A stretch of 32,676 nucleotides of DNA, taken from the NCBI GenBank assembly GCA_964535955.1, contig CAZHVK010000016.1, forward strand, positions 1-32,676, written 5' to 3'. The translations under genes were made by a program, and so were the position numbers. This DNA comes from an uncultured Methanosarcinales archaeon (GTDB lineage Archaea > Nanobdellota > Nanobdellia > Woesearchaeales > CAXGTL01). Positions 19,155 to 27,982 of this stretch are shown here, piece by piece; position 1 is the stretch's first letter; every line of letters starts with the position of its first letter. Under the pieces are notes generated by a model, which had not been told where the DNA came from, did not search any database, and worked only from the letters and a program-made list of their open reading frames with translations.

Positions 19155-19916
19155 TTACCAATAAATACCTTTTTCTCTTAACATTGATTTCTTATAAAAG
19201 ATTTCATCTTTACAATCAAGACACAACCAAGACTCATTATCAAAGATTAATGCAGCTTGTTCATCTATACTTCTTGCATCTTTAACATTTACTTGTTCCA
19301 TAAGGCAAGCTCCTTCTTCACCATTACAATGTCCTCTCTTATATCCACTTTTACCAATATTAAAGTTTCTATTAACAAGATCAAGATTATGACCAAACTC
19401 ATGCGCAGCAATAATTGCTAAACTCTTTTGTCTTAACACAGGATCTCTTATCCACTTCATAAACCTGTTTACAGAAACAATATTATTAGGATAAGGCCCA
19501 TAACCAAATAAAAATCTATTTTTAGTATCACCTTCAACAGTTGTTAAATCTTTATCAATAACAATTACATCAAAGTGAGGCTCTGTTTTTTGATAAGGAT
19601 CATTTCTTAACAATGCATCAAGATCATATGCACTAACTTGTTTTCCAAATTTATCTTTTTTATTAGTCAAAGCTTGTTCCTGATACCAATCAGCAGAACC
19701 AAAAGCATTATTATTCCAAACATAATTATCAAGATCAACAAGTTTTATCTGTCTTCCTGTCTCAACTACAATCTTTTCAAAACCATATTTAATAGCATTA
19801 TATTCTTTATCTAGAACACCACTAGTCCTACAAAGATGTAGTACAGATCTAATTATACCTTGCCTATAGTCTTTCATATATGCACGATTTCTATGAAAAT
19901 ATCTTCTTGATTCCAT
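19155..19916 (-). CDS. Archaemetzincin-like Zn-dependent protease
   Basis: AAHEFGHNLDL ... GHC ... CLM ... LCLDC. Confidence 0.7.
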   Translation of the reverse strand: MESRRYFHRNRAYMKDYRQGIIRSVLHLCRTSGVLDKEYNAIKYGFEKIVVETGRQIKLVDLDNYVWNNNAFGSADWYQEQALTNKKDKFGKQVSAYDLDALLRNDPYQKTEPHFDVIVIDKDLTTVEGDTKNRFLFGYGPYPNNIVSVNRFMKWIRDPVLRQKSLAIIAAHEFGHNLDLVNRNFNIGKSGYKRGHCNGEEGACLMEQVNVKDARSIDEQAALIFDNESWLCLDCKDEIFYKKSMLREKGIYW

Positions 19917-20033
19917 GTATATTTGGGTTATTCATCCCTTTATAAATCTTGTCATTTTTATCACTAAATAATGATGAAAATATCACTAAAAACAGCAAAA
20001 TTTATATATGTTCTTGAATATCTATACTATAAT

Positions 20034-20315
20034 ATGACAAGTATTGATTCATTTATACAATATGTTCCAGAGAAAGAAATTCTTACACCTAATGATAAAT
20101 CTTATTTAAGAAATCAAGAAAAAAAAGGTAAAAAAGTAAAGATTGACGCAAGAAACCTTGAACATGTAGATGGTGGAACTGCAAAAGATATCAGTAACAA
20201 AGGACATGTTTTTACTAATTTGAATCCTGATTTAACTCAAATGTTTGACACTTATAGCAGAATTGGTATTAAAGTTAATTATATACCTGGTCAGAAGTTT
20301 GATGATATTGCTTGA
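20034..20315 (+). CDS. Small protein, possibly a degenerate STAS-like fold
   Basis: ATG 20034 follows TTTATATA at 20001-20008; VKIDARNLEHVDG...FTNLNPDLTQMF resembles the STAS pattern. Confidence 0.5.
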   Translation: MTSIDSFIQYVPEKEILTPNDKSYLRNQEKKGKKVKIDARNLEHVDGGTAKDISNKGHVFTNLNPDLTQMFDTYSRIGIKVNYIPGQKFDDIA

Positions 20316-20320
20316 ACATT

Positions 20321-20356
20321 AAAAAATAAAAAAAAGTTCCATCAAAAGATGGAACT
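20321..20356 (-). terminator. Hairpin plus T-tract terminator after thrS
   Basis: AGTTCCATC-AAAA-GATGGAACT (20335-20356) followed on the minus strand by a T-rich run. Confidence 0.65.
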
Positions 20357-21783
20357 CAACCAAAAAAGATTATTCTCTTGCTCAACAACTTAGGCAATGG
20401 CAATGATTCATATGGCATGTCTTTACATTTCTCATTAATCATTTGTTTTAACTCATCAAAAGACATTGAAACCTTGCTTCCACTAAACCTATCATTAACC
20501 ATTAGATTACCAGATTCAATCTCTTTATCACCAACAACAACAATGTAAGGCACCCAATCTTTGCCAGCTTTTGCAATCTTTTTACCTAAACTATCATCAC
20601 TATCATCTATCTCTACTCTAACATTTCCAAATTCTAGTTTTTGACAATATTCAAGATGTTTTTCAGATACTGGTATTAATCTTATCTGTGATGGTGATAC
20701 CCACAATGGTAAAACAGGTTTTTCTCTTTTCAAAGCTTCTTCTAGTATTGAATACATCCATCTTTCAATTGAACCAATACTTGAATGACATATGATGCAA
20801 CCTTTTTTTTCACCATCCTGATCAACATAATTAATACCATAAACTTTAGCATCTTTTATGTCAAGTTGCACAGTTGACAATTGCAAATTACCATTAACAC
20901 TGTCAATACCTTGGAACTCATGTTTCACAACCCAATAATGTTTCATGTCTGACAAAAGCTCGATAAACACAGGCTTGTTAGAATACCTTGCCAATTCTAA
21001 TATCTTATCTTTGTGATCTTTATAGAATTGGTCAACTATCCTAAAACCAATAGCATACTTGACACCAACACCATCTGCAAGATCAGCATAATTTTTATAC
21101 AGGTACTGATACTCTTTCCAACCTTGGTCTAAGTCTTTGCAAAAACAATGTATATCAGGCATATGAAATGCACGCAATCGTTTAAAACCAGAGAGTTCAC
21201 CACTTTTCTCATATCTAAAACTTTTTGAAAATTCATAAACCCTGATTGGCAGCATTTTATAACTAAATTTAGCTTGTTTCATTATCTTGAACAAGCCAAA
21301 GTCACCTGCAAACCTTAGTATAAATTCCTTACTAGGGTTATCAGGCACCTTTACCATATAATGCCTTTCATGAAATGATCCTGCTTGCGCTCTGATCTCT
21401 TTATCAGCCCAATCATAGATCAATGGTGAATCTATCTGTATTGCATTCATTCTATCAACAGCAATATACCTGGCCCATTTCTTTAATAAACTAAAGATCA
21501 TATGTCCTTTTGGATATAATCTAAAGTTTCCAGAGTCACTTGCTGGTTCATATCCTACTAGCTCATGCTTTTGCATTGCTTTGATTGATGGTGGTTCTTG
21601 CTTTGGTTGTCCTTTGACTTCTTCTGACAAAACATATGCTTTTAATTCTTTGTCACCTATCTTATCCAAGATCTCTTTAATCTTATCAACATCTTCAAGA
21701 TCCAAAACAATCTCTTTTCCATCTGGCATTAACACTAGATATTTGCTTTTAATTGATTTTACAATTTGTTCTCGATTTTTCAT
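20356..21783 (-). CDS. thrS: Threonyl-tRNA synthetase, archaeal type, lacking the N-terminal editing domain
   Basis: YEPASDSGNFRLYPKG, SFRYEKSGEL..RLRAFHMPDIH, STVQLD, HSSIGSIER, LPLWVSPSQIR, WVPYIVVVGDKE. Confidence 0.95.
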   Translation of the reverse strand: MKNREQIVKSIKSKYLVLMPDGKEIVLDLEDVDKIKEILDKIGDKELKAYVLSEEVKGQPKQEPPSIKAMQKHELVGYEPASDSGNFRLYPKGHMIFSLLKKWARYIAVDRMNAIQIDSPLIYDWADKEIRAQAGSFHERHYMVKVPDNPSKEFILRFAGDFGLFKIMKQAKFSYKMLPIRVYEFSKSFRYEKSGELSGFKRLRAFHMPDIHCFCKDLDQGWKEYQYLYKNYADLADGVGVKYAIGFRIVDQFYKDHKDKILELARYSNKPVFIELLSDMKHYWVVKHEFQGIDSVNGNLQLSTVQLDIKDAKVYGINYVDQDGEKKGCIICHSSIGSIERWMYSILEEALKREKPVLPLWVSPSQIRLIPVSEKHLEYCQKLEFGNVRVEIDDSDDSLGKKIAKAGKDWVPYIVVVGDKEIESGNLMVNDRFSGSKVSMSFDELKQMINEKCKDMPYESLPLPKLLSKRIIFFG

Positions 21784-21825
21784 TTTTCATTTCCTCCCTG
21801 TTTAGAGCCCAGGCGGCTATTATTA

Positions 21826-21947
21826 AAGCACTGGTGTAACCCGCCAATTGGCTAGTGAGCCAAGGTTATTCATCGTCAGAATACCTTGGTGCTCTATTTG
21901 GCATATCAGCACATTAGAGCAGGCGAACGAGGGTTGCACCAGTGCTT
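21826..21947 (+). repeat. Structured element, long form, copy A
   Basis: 17-bp terminal stem (21826-42/21931-47), GCC-AATT-GGC hairpin, AGTGAG (21854-59), two internal stems, CGAACGA (21924-30). Confidence 0.8.
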
Positions 21948-22172
21948 ATTAGTTTTGTAGTTAAAAGTCTTAACCAAGAACAATCATATCCCAGAATCAT
22001 CTATAAGGTTACCAACCCCAGACAAAGCAAGGACAATAATCACATAAAATAGTTAAGAAACAATGACTGCTTATGCAGTAATAGATAGGGTAAGAGCTAG
22101 AGAAATCATATACATGTTTTGTTTTATGTTTATTCTATTCATAATACCACAATATTATATACGCAATACTAA

Positions 22173-22187
22173 TATATAAACCTTTCG
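22173..22187 (-). promoter_or_regulatory. BRE-TATA promoter facing thrS
   Basis: Minus strand CGAAAGG-TTTATATA. Confidence 0.6.
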
Positions 22188-22247
22188 GTTGTCACCACAA
22201 CAAAGTACTCAACAAATTTAATAAACCCTCCTCATATAAACAGATAT

Positions 22248-23051
22248 ATGAAGTTTAATATAAAGAAAACAATGAATCCTAATACAAAACATTATTCTCA
22301 TAAAGATATGGAGTTAGCAAGAGAATTTGCTAAAAACATGTACAAAGAATTTTCATTTTTCTTAAAAGCAGTTATTATATTTGGCAGTGCTGCAAGAGGA
22401 CAAGAAAGAGGTAGTGGTGATGTTGATATCATGATTGTTGTTGATGATGTTTCAACATTACTTTCACCTGAAATAGTTGAAACATACAGGATTATCACAG
22501 AAAAAATAATAGGAAAAGTTTCAACAAGACTTCATGTTATCACACTAAAATTAACAGCATTCTGGGATTATATAAGAAACAGTGACCCTGTTGCAGTTAA
22601 CATACTTAGAGATGGTGTTGCACTTATAGATACTGGGTTTTTTGAACCATTGCAAGCTTTATTACAGCGTGGAAGAATAAGACCAACAGGAGAAGCAGTT
22701 TGGGCATACTTTTCAAGAGCACCAAGAACATTAACAAATTCTAGATGGCATCTTTCCCAAGCAACTATTGACCTGTACTGGGCTGTTATTGATTCTGCAC
22801 ATGCTGCTCTGATGAAGCACAATGTTATTCCACCTTCACCAAGCCATGTTGCTAACATGATGATAGAAACATTAGTCAAAAAAAAACTTGTAAAAAAGAA
22901 ATATGCAGACACAATGAACTTTTTCTACAGACTGATGAAACAAATAACACACAGAGAAATAAAATTCATATCAGGGCACCAGTATGAAAAATACAGAGCA
23001 CAAGCAGAAGACTTTGTCAAAACAATGAGAAAGATTGTTGAATCTAAATAG
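22248..23051 (+). CDS. Minimal nucleotidyltransferase (MNT)-HEPN fusion protein
   Basis: IIFGSAARG...GDVDIMIVVDD, then HEPN-like DLYWAVIDSAHAALM..PPSPSH. Confidence 0.82.
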   Translation: MKFNIKKTMNPNTKHYSHKDMELAREFAKNMYKEFSFFLKAVIIFGSAARGQERGSGDVDIMIVVDDVSTLLSPEIVETYRIITEKIIGKVSTRLHVITLKLTAFWDYIRNSDPVAVNILRDGVALIDTGFFEPLQALLQRGRIRPTGEAVWAYFSRAPRTLTNSRWHLSQATIDLYWAVIDSAHAALMKHNVIPPSPSHVANMMIETLVKKKLVKKKYADTMNFFYRLMKQITHREIKFISGHQYEKYRAQAEDFVKTMRKIVESK

Positions 23052-23131
23052 TCATCACACATAAGTAGTTCTTTCCCACAATATTTATATATAGATAGGG
23101 CTTTCCCTATATATAATTAGGGGGATGAATA

Positions 23132-25318
23132 ATGAAAAAACAATTACCAACATGGATTGATATTGCTGTAAAAACATTGCTAGACATGCCTGAACAATTA
23201 GGTGAATTATATGAATCTGCTCAGAATATTAATTCTAAAACAGATTATGAAAATCTGGAATCAAAGATTCTTGATAATGAATTTGTTGAAGGCACTGTAT
23301 TAAGAAAACCAAAGCAAGACATTGATCCATTTGTTGCTAATCTTTGTAATTATGCAAGAATAATCAAGAAAAATAACAGAAGAAAACTATTATGGCAAAA
23401 AGCACAAGCAAAATTTGGAATCACTAATGTATATGATTTTGAACAAAAAACCAATTATCTAGGTAAAAAGAAATTAAATTCATCTACTTATTGTACTTGT
23501 GGAAGAAAATTAACCAAAGAAGGATATGAAATAACACACATTGATGATTCTTCAATTTCACAGACAATTGGTGTAAAATGTTTCCAAGGACTGTATCAAG
23601 AGTTTAAAGAAGTTCTTCAGATGGATGAATACTATGAAAATCTTGGTAAGCAAGAAATTGCTAGACAAATAAGAGAAAATTCTAAAGTATTAAGAAAAGA
23701 AAAACCAGACTTTAAAAAAGATGAAAAAAAATTACAAGAGATATTAGATGATAAAGAAAATCTTGAAAATATTCTTGATCAAGTAAAGAAAATGATTAAA
23801 GATAAAAACAAAGAACAAAAGATATCATCTGAAACAATTGCAAAATATATCTTAACATTAAGAAGCATGGATTCACCTGGAAATCTTTCTGTTCTAATGC
23901 CGGATTTTGAACCAAATGGTAATTTATTTCAATCAATGTATAAAAGAAAAGACCTAGATTCAAGATCAAGAGATATTCTATCAAGAATTGCTTCACCATA
24001 TGGCAAAGTCACTGATGCAGAGATAGTAAGATTAGCATTTATTGAAGCTTTGTACACAAGAATTCCTACAAGTATCTTTATTGAAAGGTTTAGAGACTTA
24101 TTATACTGGGAACAGAATAAAGAATTAGACGAAACTCAGGTAAAATGTTTATCATTGATCAAAGAACACTTGTTTGATGAAAAAGAACTTGATTTAGATA
24201 AATTTAAACAAGGACTTAAAAAATATAAAAAACAGCATGTAACATTTGACTGGCTTGTACAAACTCAGTTCATAATGGGAGACATTATTGAAAAAAGGAA
24301 AAAAGAAAATTTAGAATATATGAATAAAATTCAAACACAAAAAGGTCAAGTATTAAAGATAATAAAGAGTGTTACAGATTTATTAGAAAAAGAAAGCTTT
24401 GACAAATTATCAGACAAAGAAAGAGAATATTGTTCAGAACTTTTCAAAGGAAGAAAAAGAATGATCTCAACAATGCATAATAATTATTCTGCTAATTATG
24501 AAAAAAACAGATTATTCAATGTTGAATCAAAAGAATATGCTGAAAATGTTTTATCTGTATACTCTGTTGACCAAACAATAGATTTTATTGATAATGTATG
24601 TGACATAAATGCAAAAATATTGTCTAGAAGATTCATAGATAAATATGAAACAAAGTTTAACCAAAAACAAGAAAACCACCTTACTCTTTTTGGAGAACAG
24701 TACAATTTACCTAAATCCTGTAGACAAAATCTTTTTGAAGAGTTTATAAAAACACAATGTATAACTTCTTTAGATGAATTAGTCATAGGTTTCCAAAAAA
24801 TAATGGAAAAAATGGTCTATTACAAAGATAAACAAGTAATAGAAAAAGCTAAAAAAGGTGCAAAATTCACTTATTTTTCTGTTGATAAAGACAAAAAAAT
24901 TGTTAGAAGATGGAACTTATGGACAAATAGTTTAGGTAGGTTCTTTGATTTTCAGTTAGGAATGTTGAATTCTGAAAACAAGATAAGACTAAGACCACAG
25001 TATAAAAAACCACAAGACCTGCTTTGTGATAAAGAAAGTAGAGATGTGTATAAATGGTTAGAGGAGAATCCTGATAAGAGGGTACCTGTATTCAGAATAA
25101 ATGGATGGAACAAACCTGTATTAGAAAAAAATGAACTTTTAAAAACTTATATTGAAAAAGGAAAATTAGCACCTTATGTAAAACCATTCAAGCTCCATAA
25201 TTTTATTAGAATGAAGAAACAAGAGATTGATAGAAGATTACAGACTTATTATAATCGAAATATCGAGCATAATGAATCAACAGAAATAAAATTAACAATA
25301 TTTAAAAAAAAGAAATAG
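23132..25318 (+). CDS. Large hypothetical protein with a putative Zn-binding motif
   Basis: 728 aa; CTCGRKL..YEITH...IGVKC; GGGGA SD-like site upstream. Confidence 0.75.
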   Translation: MKKQLPTWIDIAVKTLLDMPEQLGELYESAQNINSKTDYENLESKILDNEFVEGTVLRKPKQDIDPFVANLCNYARIIKKNNRRKLLWQKAQAKFGITNVYDFEQKTNYLGKKKLNSSTYCTCGRKLTKEGYEITHIDDSSISQTIGVKCFQGLYQEFKEVLQMDEYYENLGKQEIARQIRENSKVLRKEKPDFKKDEKKLQEILDDKENLENILDQVKKMIKDKNKEQKISSETIAKYILTLRSMDSPGNLSVLMPDFEPNGNLFQSMYKRKDLDSRSRDILSRIASPYGKVTDAEIVRLAFIEALYTRIPTSIFIERFRDLLYWEQNKELDETQVKCLSLIKEHLFDEKELDLDKFKQGLKKYKKQHVTFDWLVQTQFIMGDIIEKRKKENLEYMNKIQTQKGQVLKIIKSVTDLLEKESFDKLSDKEREYCSELFKGRKRMISTMHNNYSANYEKNRLFNVESKEYAENVLSVYSVDQTIDFIDNVCDINAKILSRRFIDKYETKFNQKQENHLTLFGEQYNLPKSCRQNLFEEFIKTQCITSLDELVIGFQKIMEKMVYYKDKQVIEKAKKGAKFTYFSVDKDKKIVRRWNLWTNSLGRFFDFQLGMLNSENKIRLRPQYKKPQDLLCDKESRDVYKWLEENPDKRVPVFRINGWNKPVLEKNELLKTYIEKGKLAPYVKPFKLHNFIRMKKQEIDRRLQTYYNRNIEHNESTEIKLTIFKKKK

Positions 25319-25325
25319 GTGAAAG

Positions 25326-25892
25326 ATGAGTTTTGAAAACCAGAAGAAAGTATTTTTAAATAAAGATGATAAGAGTAAAAAAGGAGGCATAGATGATAGG
25401 ATTCTGCCACTTGTCACCCTAATCAATTCTAAAGAAGAATATTATACTACTTCGTCTTGTTCTGGCCGTATTCTTGTTTTTAGTTTTGGTGAGAGGAAAA
25501 ATGAATGTAAATGGTTATTTGTGAGCCATGATAAGGTTGATAAAAAGAGCAACCTACTTAACAATATAGATCTAAACAACCAAACAAGCGAGACATATTT
25601 TGGCATGCAAGGTGCAATCATACATGTCTGCTGCAAAGACTTAGGTTGTGCAAAAACATTACTTGATCTAGGCAAAAGTGCAGGATTCAAAATAGGCGGC
25701 ATAATCTCAATTGAGCCAAAGATCATAGTAGAACTAAGAAGTGTTGATTTTTTAGAAACAATTATTGCTAAAGGTGAGAAGTTATTGATTGATGAGAATT
25801 ATATACAGGTTTTGATTAAGGAAGCTAATTCTAAATTAGAAAGAACATGGAAAAGAGTTAGTAAATTATCTGATGAAATAGAAAAAATATAA
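25326..25892 (+). CDS. taw3: tRNA wybutosine-pathway methyltransferase Taw3/Tyw3
   Basis: DKSKKGGID..I..L...IN...YYTTSSCSGRI, WLFVSH, IIHVCC, AGFK..G, IVELRS. Confidence 0.92.
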   Translation: MSFENQKKVFLNKDDKSKKGGIDDRILPLVTLINSKEEYYTTSSCSGRILVFSFGERKNECKWLFVSHDKVDKKSNLLNNIDLNNQTSETYFGMQGAIIHVCCKDLGCAKTLLDLGKSAGFKIGGIISIEPKIIVELRSVDFLETIIAKGEKLLIDENYIQVLIKEANSKLERTWKRVSKLSDEIEKI

Positions 25893-25916
25893 AAAAAATA
25901 AGTGAAACACTTATTC
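25883..25916 (-). terminator. Hairpin plus T-tract between convergent genes
   Basis: AATAAGTG-AAA-CACTTATT (25898-25916) overlaps the stop of the minus-strand ORF and is followed by T runs on the minus strand. Confidence 0.55.
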
Positions 25917-26084
25917 TGTCATTGCTATTAAGATTGTTAATAATCCAATTCCAATAACAACTAGTCCAAATGCTCCTTTAAATAAGACCCATAATGCTGG
26001 ATACCACCATGCATAAGATACAGCACCTAGTACAATCAGAACCAAACCAATCAAAATTTTAATGAATTTTGCTAATCCTCCCAT
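25911..26084 (-). CDS. 57-aa two-TM membrane protein
   Basis: Manual translation MGGLAKFIKILIGLVLIVLGAVSYAWWYPALWVLFKGAFGLVVIGIGLLTILIAMTE; GGAGG SD and TTTATAA box upstream. Confidence 0.8.
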   Translation of the reverse strand: MGGLAKFIKILIGLVLIVLGAVSYAWWYPALWVLFKGAFGLVVIGIGLLTILIAMTE

Positions 26085-26298
26085 ATATATCCCTCCAAAT
26101 TTTTATTATTGTGATATACTCATTTGAAAATAGTTTTATTTATAAATATTTATTGAGTTTAATATATGGGTTATAAAATAAGTATTGATTTTAACCAAAA
26201 GATTTAAAAAGAGTAGTTTATTGCTCAATATTGTTAAATAGTACTAGAAGTAAAGTTTGATCTTTCTTCTTTGTATTATTGATTAGGAGGTTAAAAAC

Positions 26299-26658
26299 AT
26301 GGAAGGAACTGTTAAATGGTACAACAGAAAAAAAGGCTTTGGATTTATCATAGGCGAAGACAATGTTGAATACTTTGTGCATTACACAGGATTGACACAA
26401 GGAACATTTATTCGAGACAATGATAAAGTTGGCTTTGATGCTGTTGAAACAGAAAAAGGTAAACAAGCACAAAATGTTGTTCTACTGCAAAAAGCAAGTG
26501 AAATGGCTCAAGGCGGAGCACCACAAGAATCATTTGGTGAAGAAGAACCAAAAGAAGAATTTGGTCAAGAACCAGCAGAAGAACAAAAAGAAGAAGCAGC
26601 TGCTGAACAACCAGAAGAGCAAAAAGAAGAACAACCAGAAGAAGCAAAACAAGAGTAA
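26299..26658 (+). CDS. Cold-shock domain protein with acidic C-terminal tail
   Basis: GTVKWYNRKKGFGFI, YFVHYT, GKQAQNV; GGAGG SD. Confidence 0.95.
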   Translation: MEGTVKWYNRKKGFGFIIGEDNVEYFVHYTGLTQGTFIRDNDKVGFDAVETEKGKQAQNVVLLQKASEMAQGGAPQESFGEEEPKEEFGQEPAEEQKEEAAAEQPEEQKEEQPEEAKQE

Positions 26659-26725
26659 AAGTAAGAATAATAATTTCTTATTATCTTGGGGTTTTTTTTG
26701 TTTTTATTTTTTTGATTTTGATAAT

Positions 26726-27229
26726 TTACACACCTTTCTGCTTACCAAACTTACCCCTATACTTAGCTTTGCCCTCTGTTCTACAGAAAATGATCTGACA
26801 AATCTTAACACCAGCATGTAATTTAACAGGCATTTCACCTAAATTCTTTATCTCAAGTACTTGAACATTGTTAATATTAGGCTGCACAAAATTAGCAGTT
26901 ACATGAACAGCCAGACCTAAACGAGCAAACCTGCTTCTACCAGAAAGAAAACCGCAAACATTTCCAGGCAATTTGATCTTTTCTTTTGTCACACCAAGGA
27001 TAAATTCACCAGGATTTATAACATGCGATTTTGCAGTAAACAGCTTTGTATGCTTTTTATAATTGGTTCTTTCTTTGATATCAATGATCTTATCACATTT
27101 AAACTCTCTAAACTTATTATCCAATGTAAGGTCATAAGAAGCTCCACCTAGGTTCTTCTTAGAAAAAGGAGTAATTTTAATTCTACCAAGATAAATTTCT
27201 TTTAAAACCTCTTTTTTTGTTAATATCAT
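26726..27229 (-). CDS. dcd: dCTP deaminase (trimeric dUTPase superfamily)
   Basis: ASYDLTL, PGEFILG.T.E, GRSRFARLGL, LEIKN, KICQIIF, YRGKF..Q. Confidence 0.88.
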   Translation of the reverse strand: MILTKKEVLKEIYLGRIKITPFSKKNLGGASYDLTLDNKFREFKCDKIIDIKERTNYKKHTKLFTAKSHVINPGEFILGVTKEKIKLPGNVCGFLSGRSRFARLGLAVHVTANFVQPNINNVQVLEIKNLGEMPVKLHAGVKICQIIFCRTEGKAKYRGKFGKQKGV

Positions 27230-27291
27230 AAATTATCCACCTATTTATATATAATTTTGATGTATTACTATTTAATTCTTTTGTATAAATG

Positions 27292-27401
27292 TATGTGCAT
27301 AGTGTCTGTAAGACCAGTGAGTACCTTGCAGATTGTACAACTGTCAGGGCTTTCTATTAAAAGTTATTGTACTTAGAAAGTACGAACGAACTATGCACAT
27401 A
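27292..27401 (+). repeat. Structured element, long form, copy B
   Basis: 12-bp perfect terminal IR TATGTGCATAGT/ACTATGCACATA, GTC-TGTAA-GAC, AGTGAGTA, two stems, TACGAACGA; flanked by TGTATAAAT direct repeats. Confidence 0.88.
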
Positions 27402-27428
27402 TGTATAAATAATGCCAAAACCAAAACA

Positions 27429-27467
27429 TTTATATATAACCTTTACTATTTTTAATAAATATTAAAA
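27429..27467 (+). promoter_or_regulatory. TATA box with downstream inverted repeat (candidate operator of the GbsR/MarR regulator)
   Basis: TTTATATA at 27429-36; TTTTAATA-AA-TATTAAAA at 27450-67. Confidence 0.45.
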
Positions 27468-27520
27468 GTAATGAAAGTATTGAATATACTAAAAGTTAAA
27501 TTAATATACAAAAATCCAAA

Positions 27521-27982
27521 ATGAGTCAAATAGACCAACAATTCATAGAATTTTATCAGAATATTGGTAGGTCGCAAGGTTTCAATGACAGTTTATTGAC
27601 CACCATAATGGCTATGCTCTTTTTAGAGCCAAAAGATGTAGCAATGGATGATCTGGCAAAAAAGACTGGTTACAGCCTTGCATCTATCAGCAATAAAGTA
27701 AAGATGCTAGAAGCCATAGGTTTTGTCAAAAGAAAAAGCAAGCCAGGTACAAGAAAGGTGTTTCTATATGCTGAAAAGGATTTTTTAAAAGTCTTTAAAC
27801 AAGCTTTAGTAAAAAAACAAGAAAATGTGATTAACCTTGCTAAAACAAGACTTCCTGAAATAGTAAAACAAAACAAATCAGGTGATAAACAAAAAATAAA
27901 AATGATTGAAAACTATTATAATCAAATGTTAAAACTAGAAAAAGCTATACAACATTTTATAGTGGAGATTGATAAGATATGA
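27521..27982 (+). CDS. GbsR/MarR-family winged-helix regulator
   Basis: MDDLAKKTGYSLASISNKVKMLE..GFV...KPGTRKVF.YAEKD. Confidence 0.88.
   Translation: MSQIDQQFIEFYQNIGRSQGFNDSLLTTIMAMLFLEPKDVAMDDLAKKTGYSLASISNKVKMLEAIGFVKRKSKPGTRKVFLYAEKDFLKVFKQALVKKQENVINLAKTRLPEIVKQNKSGDKQKIKMIENYYNQMLKLEKAIQHFIVEIDKI

Noticed and set aside
12512..19916. Integron cassette array
   Set aside because: Genes overlap or abut, leaving no room for attC sites; orientations are mixed; no integrase.
21826..21947. tRNA, T-box or hammerhead ribozyme
   Set aside because: No cloverleaf with D/T-loop consensus and no T-box antiterminator consensus. CTGACGA (minus strand, 21873-79) lacks the partner GAAA and is absent from the other copies.
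22248..23051. Active HEPN RNase toxin system
   Set aside because: No clear R-X4-6-H motif; fused MNT-HEPN proteins are common in archaea.
26420..26821. 133-aa Lys/Asn-rich overlapping ORF
   Set aside because: Alternate frame of the Glu-rich (GAA) cold-shock tail; a compositional artefact.
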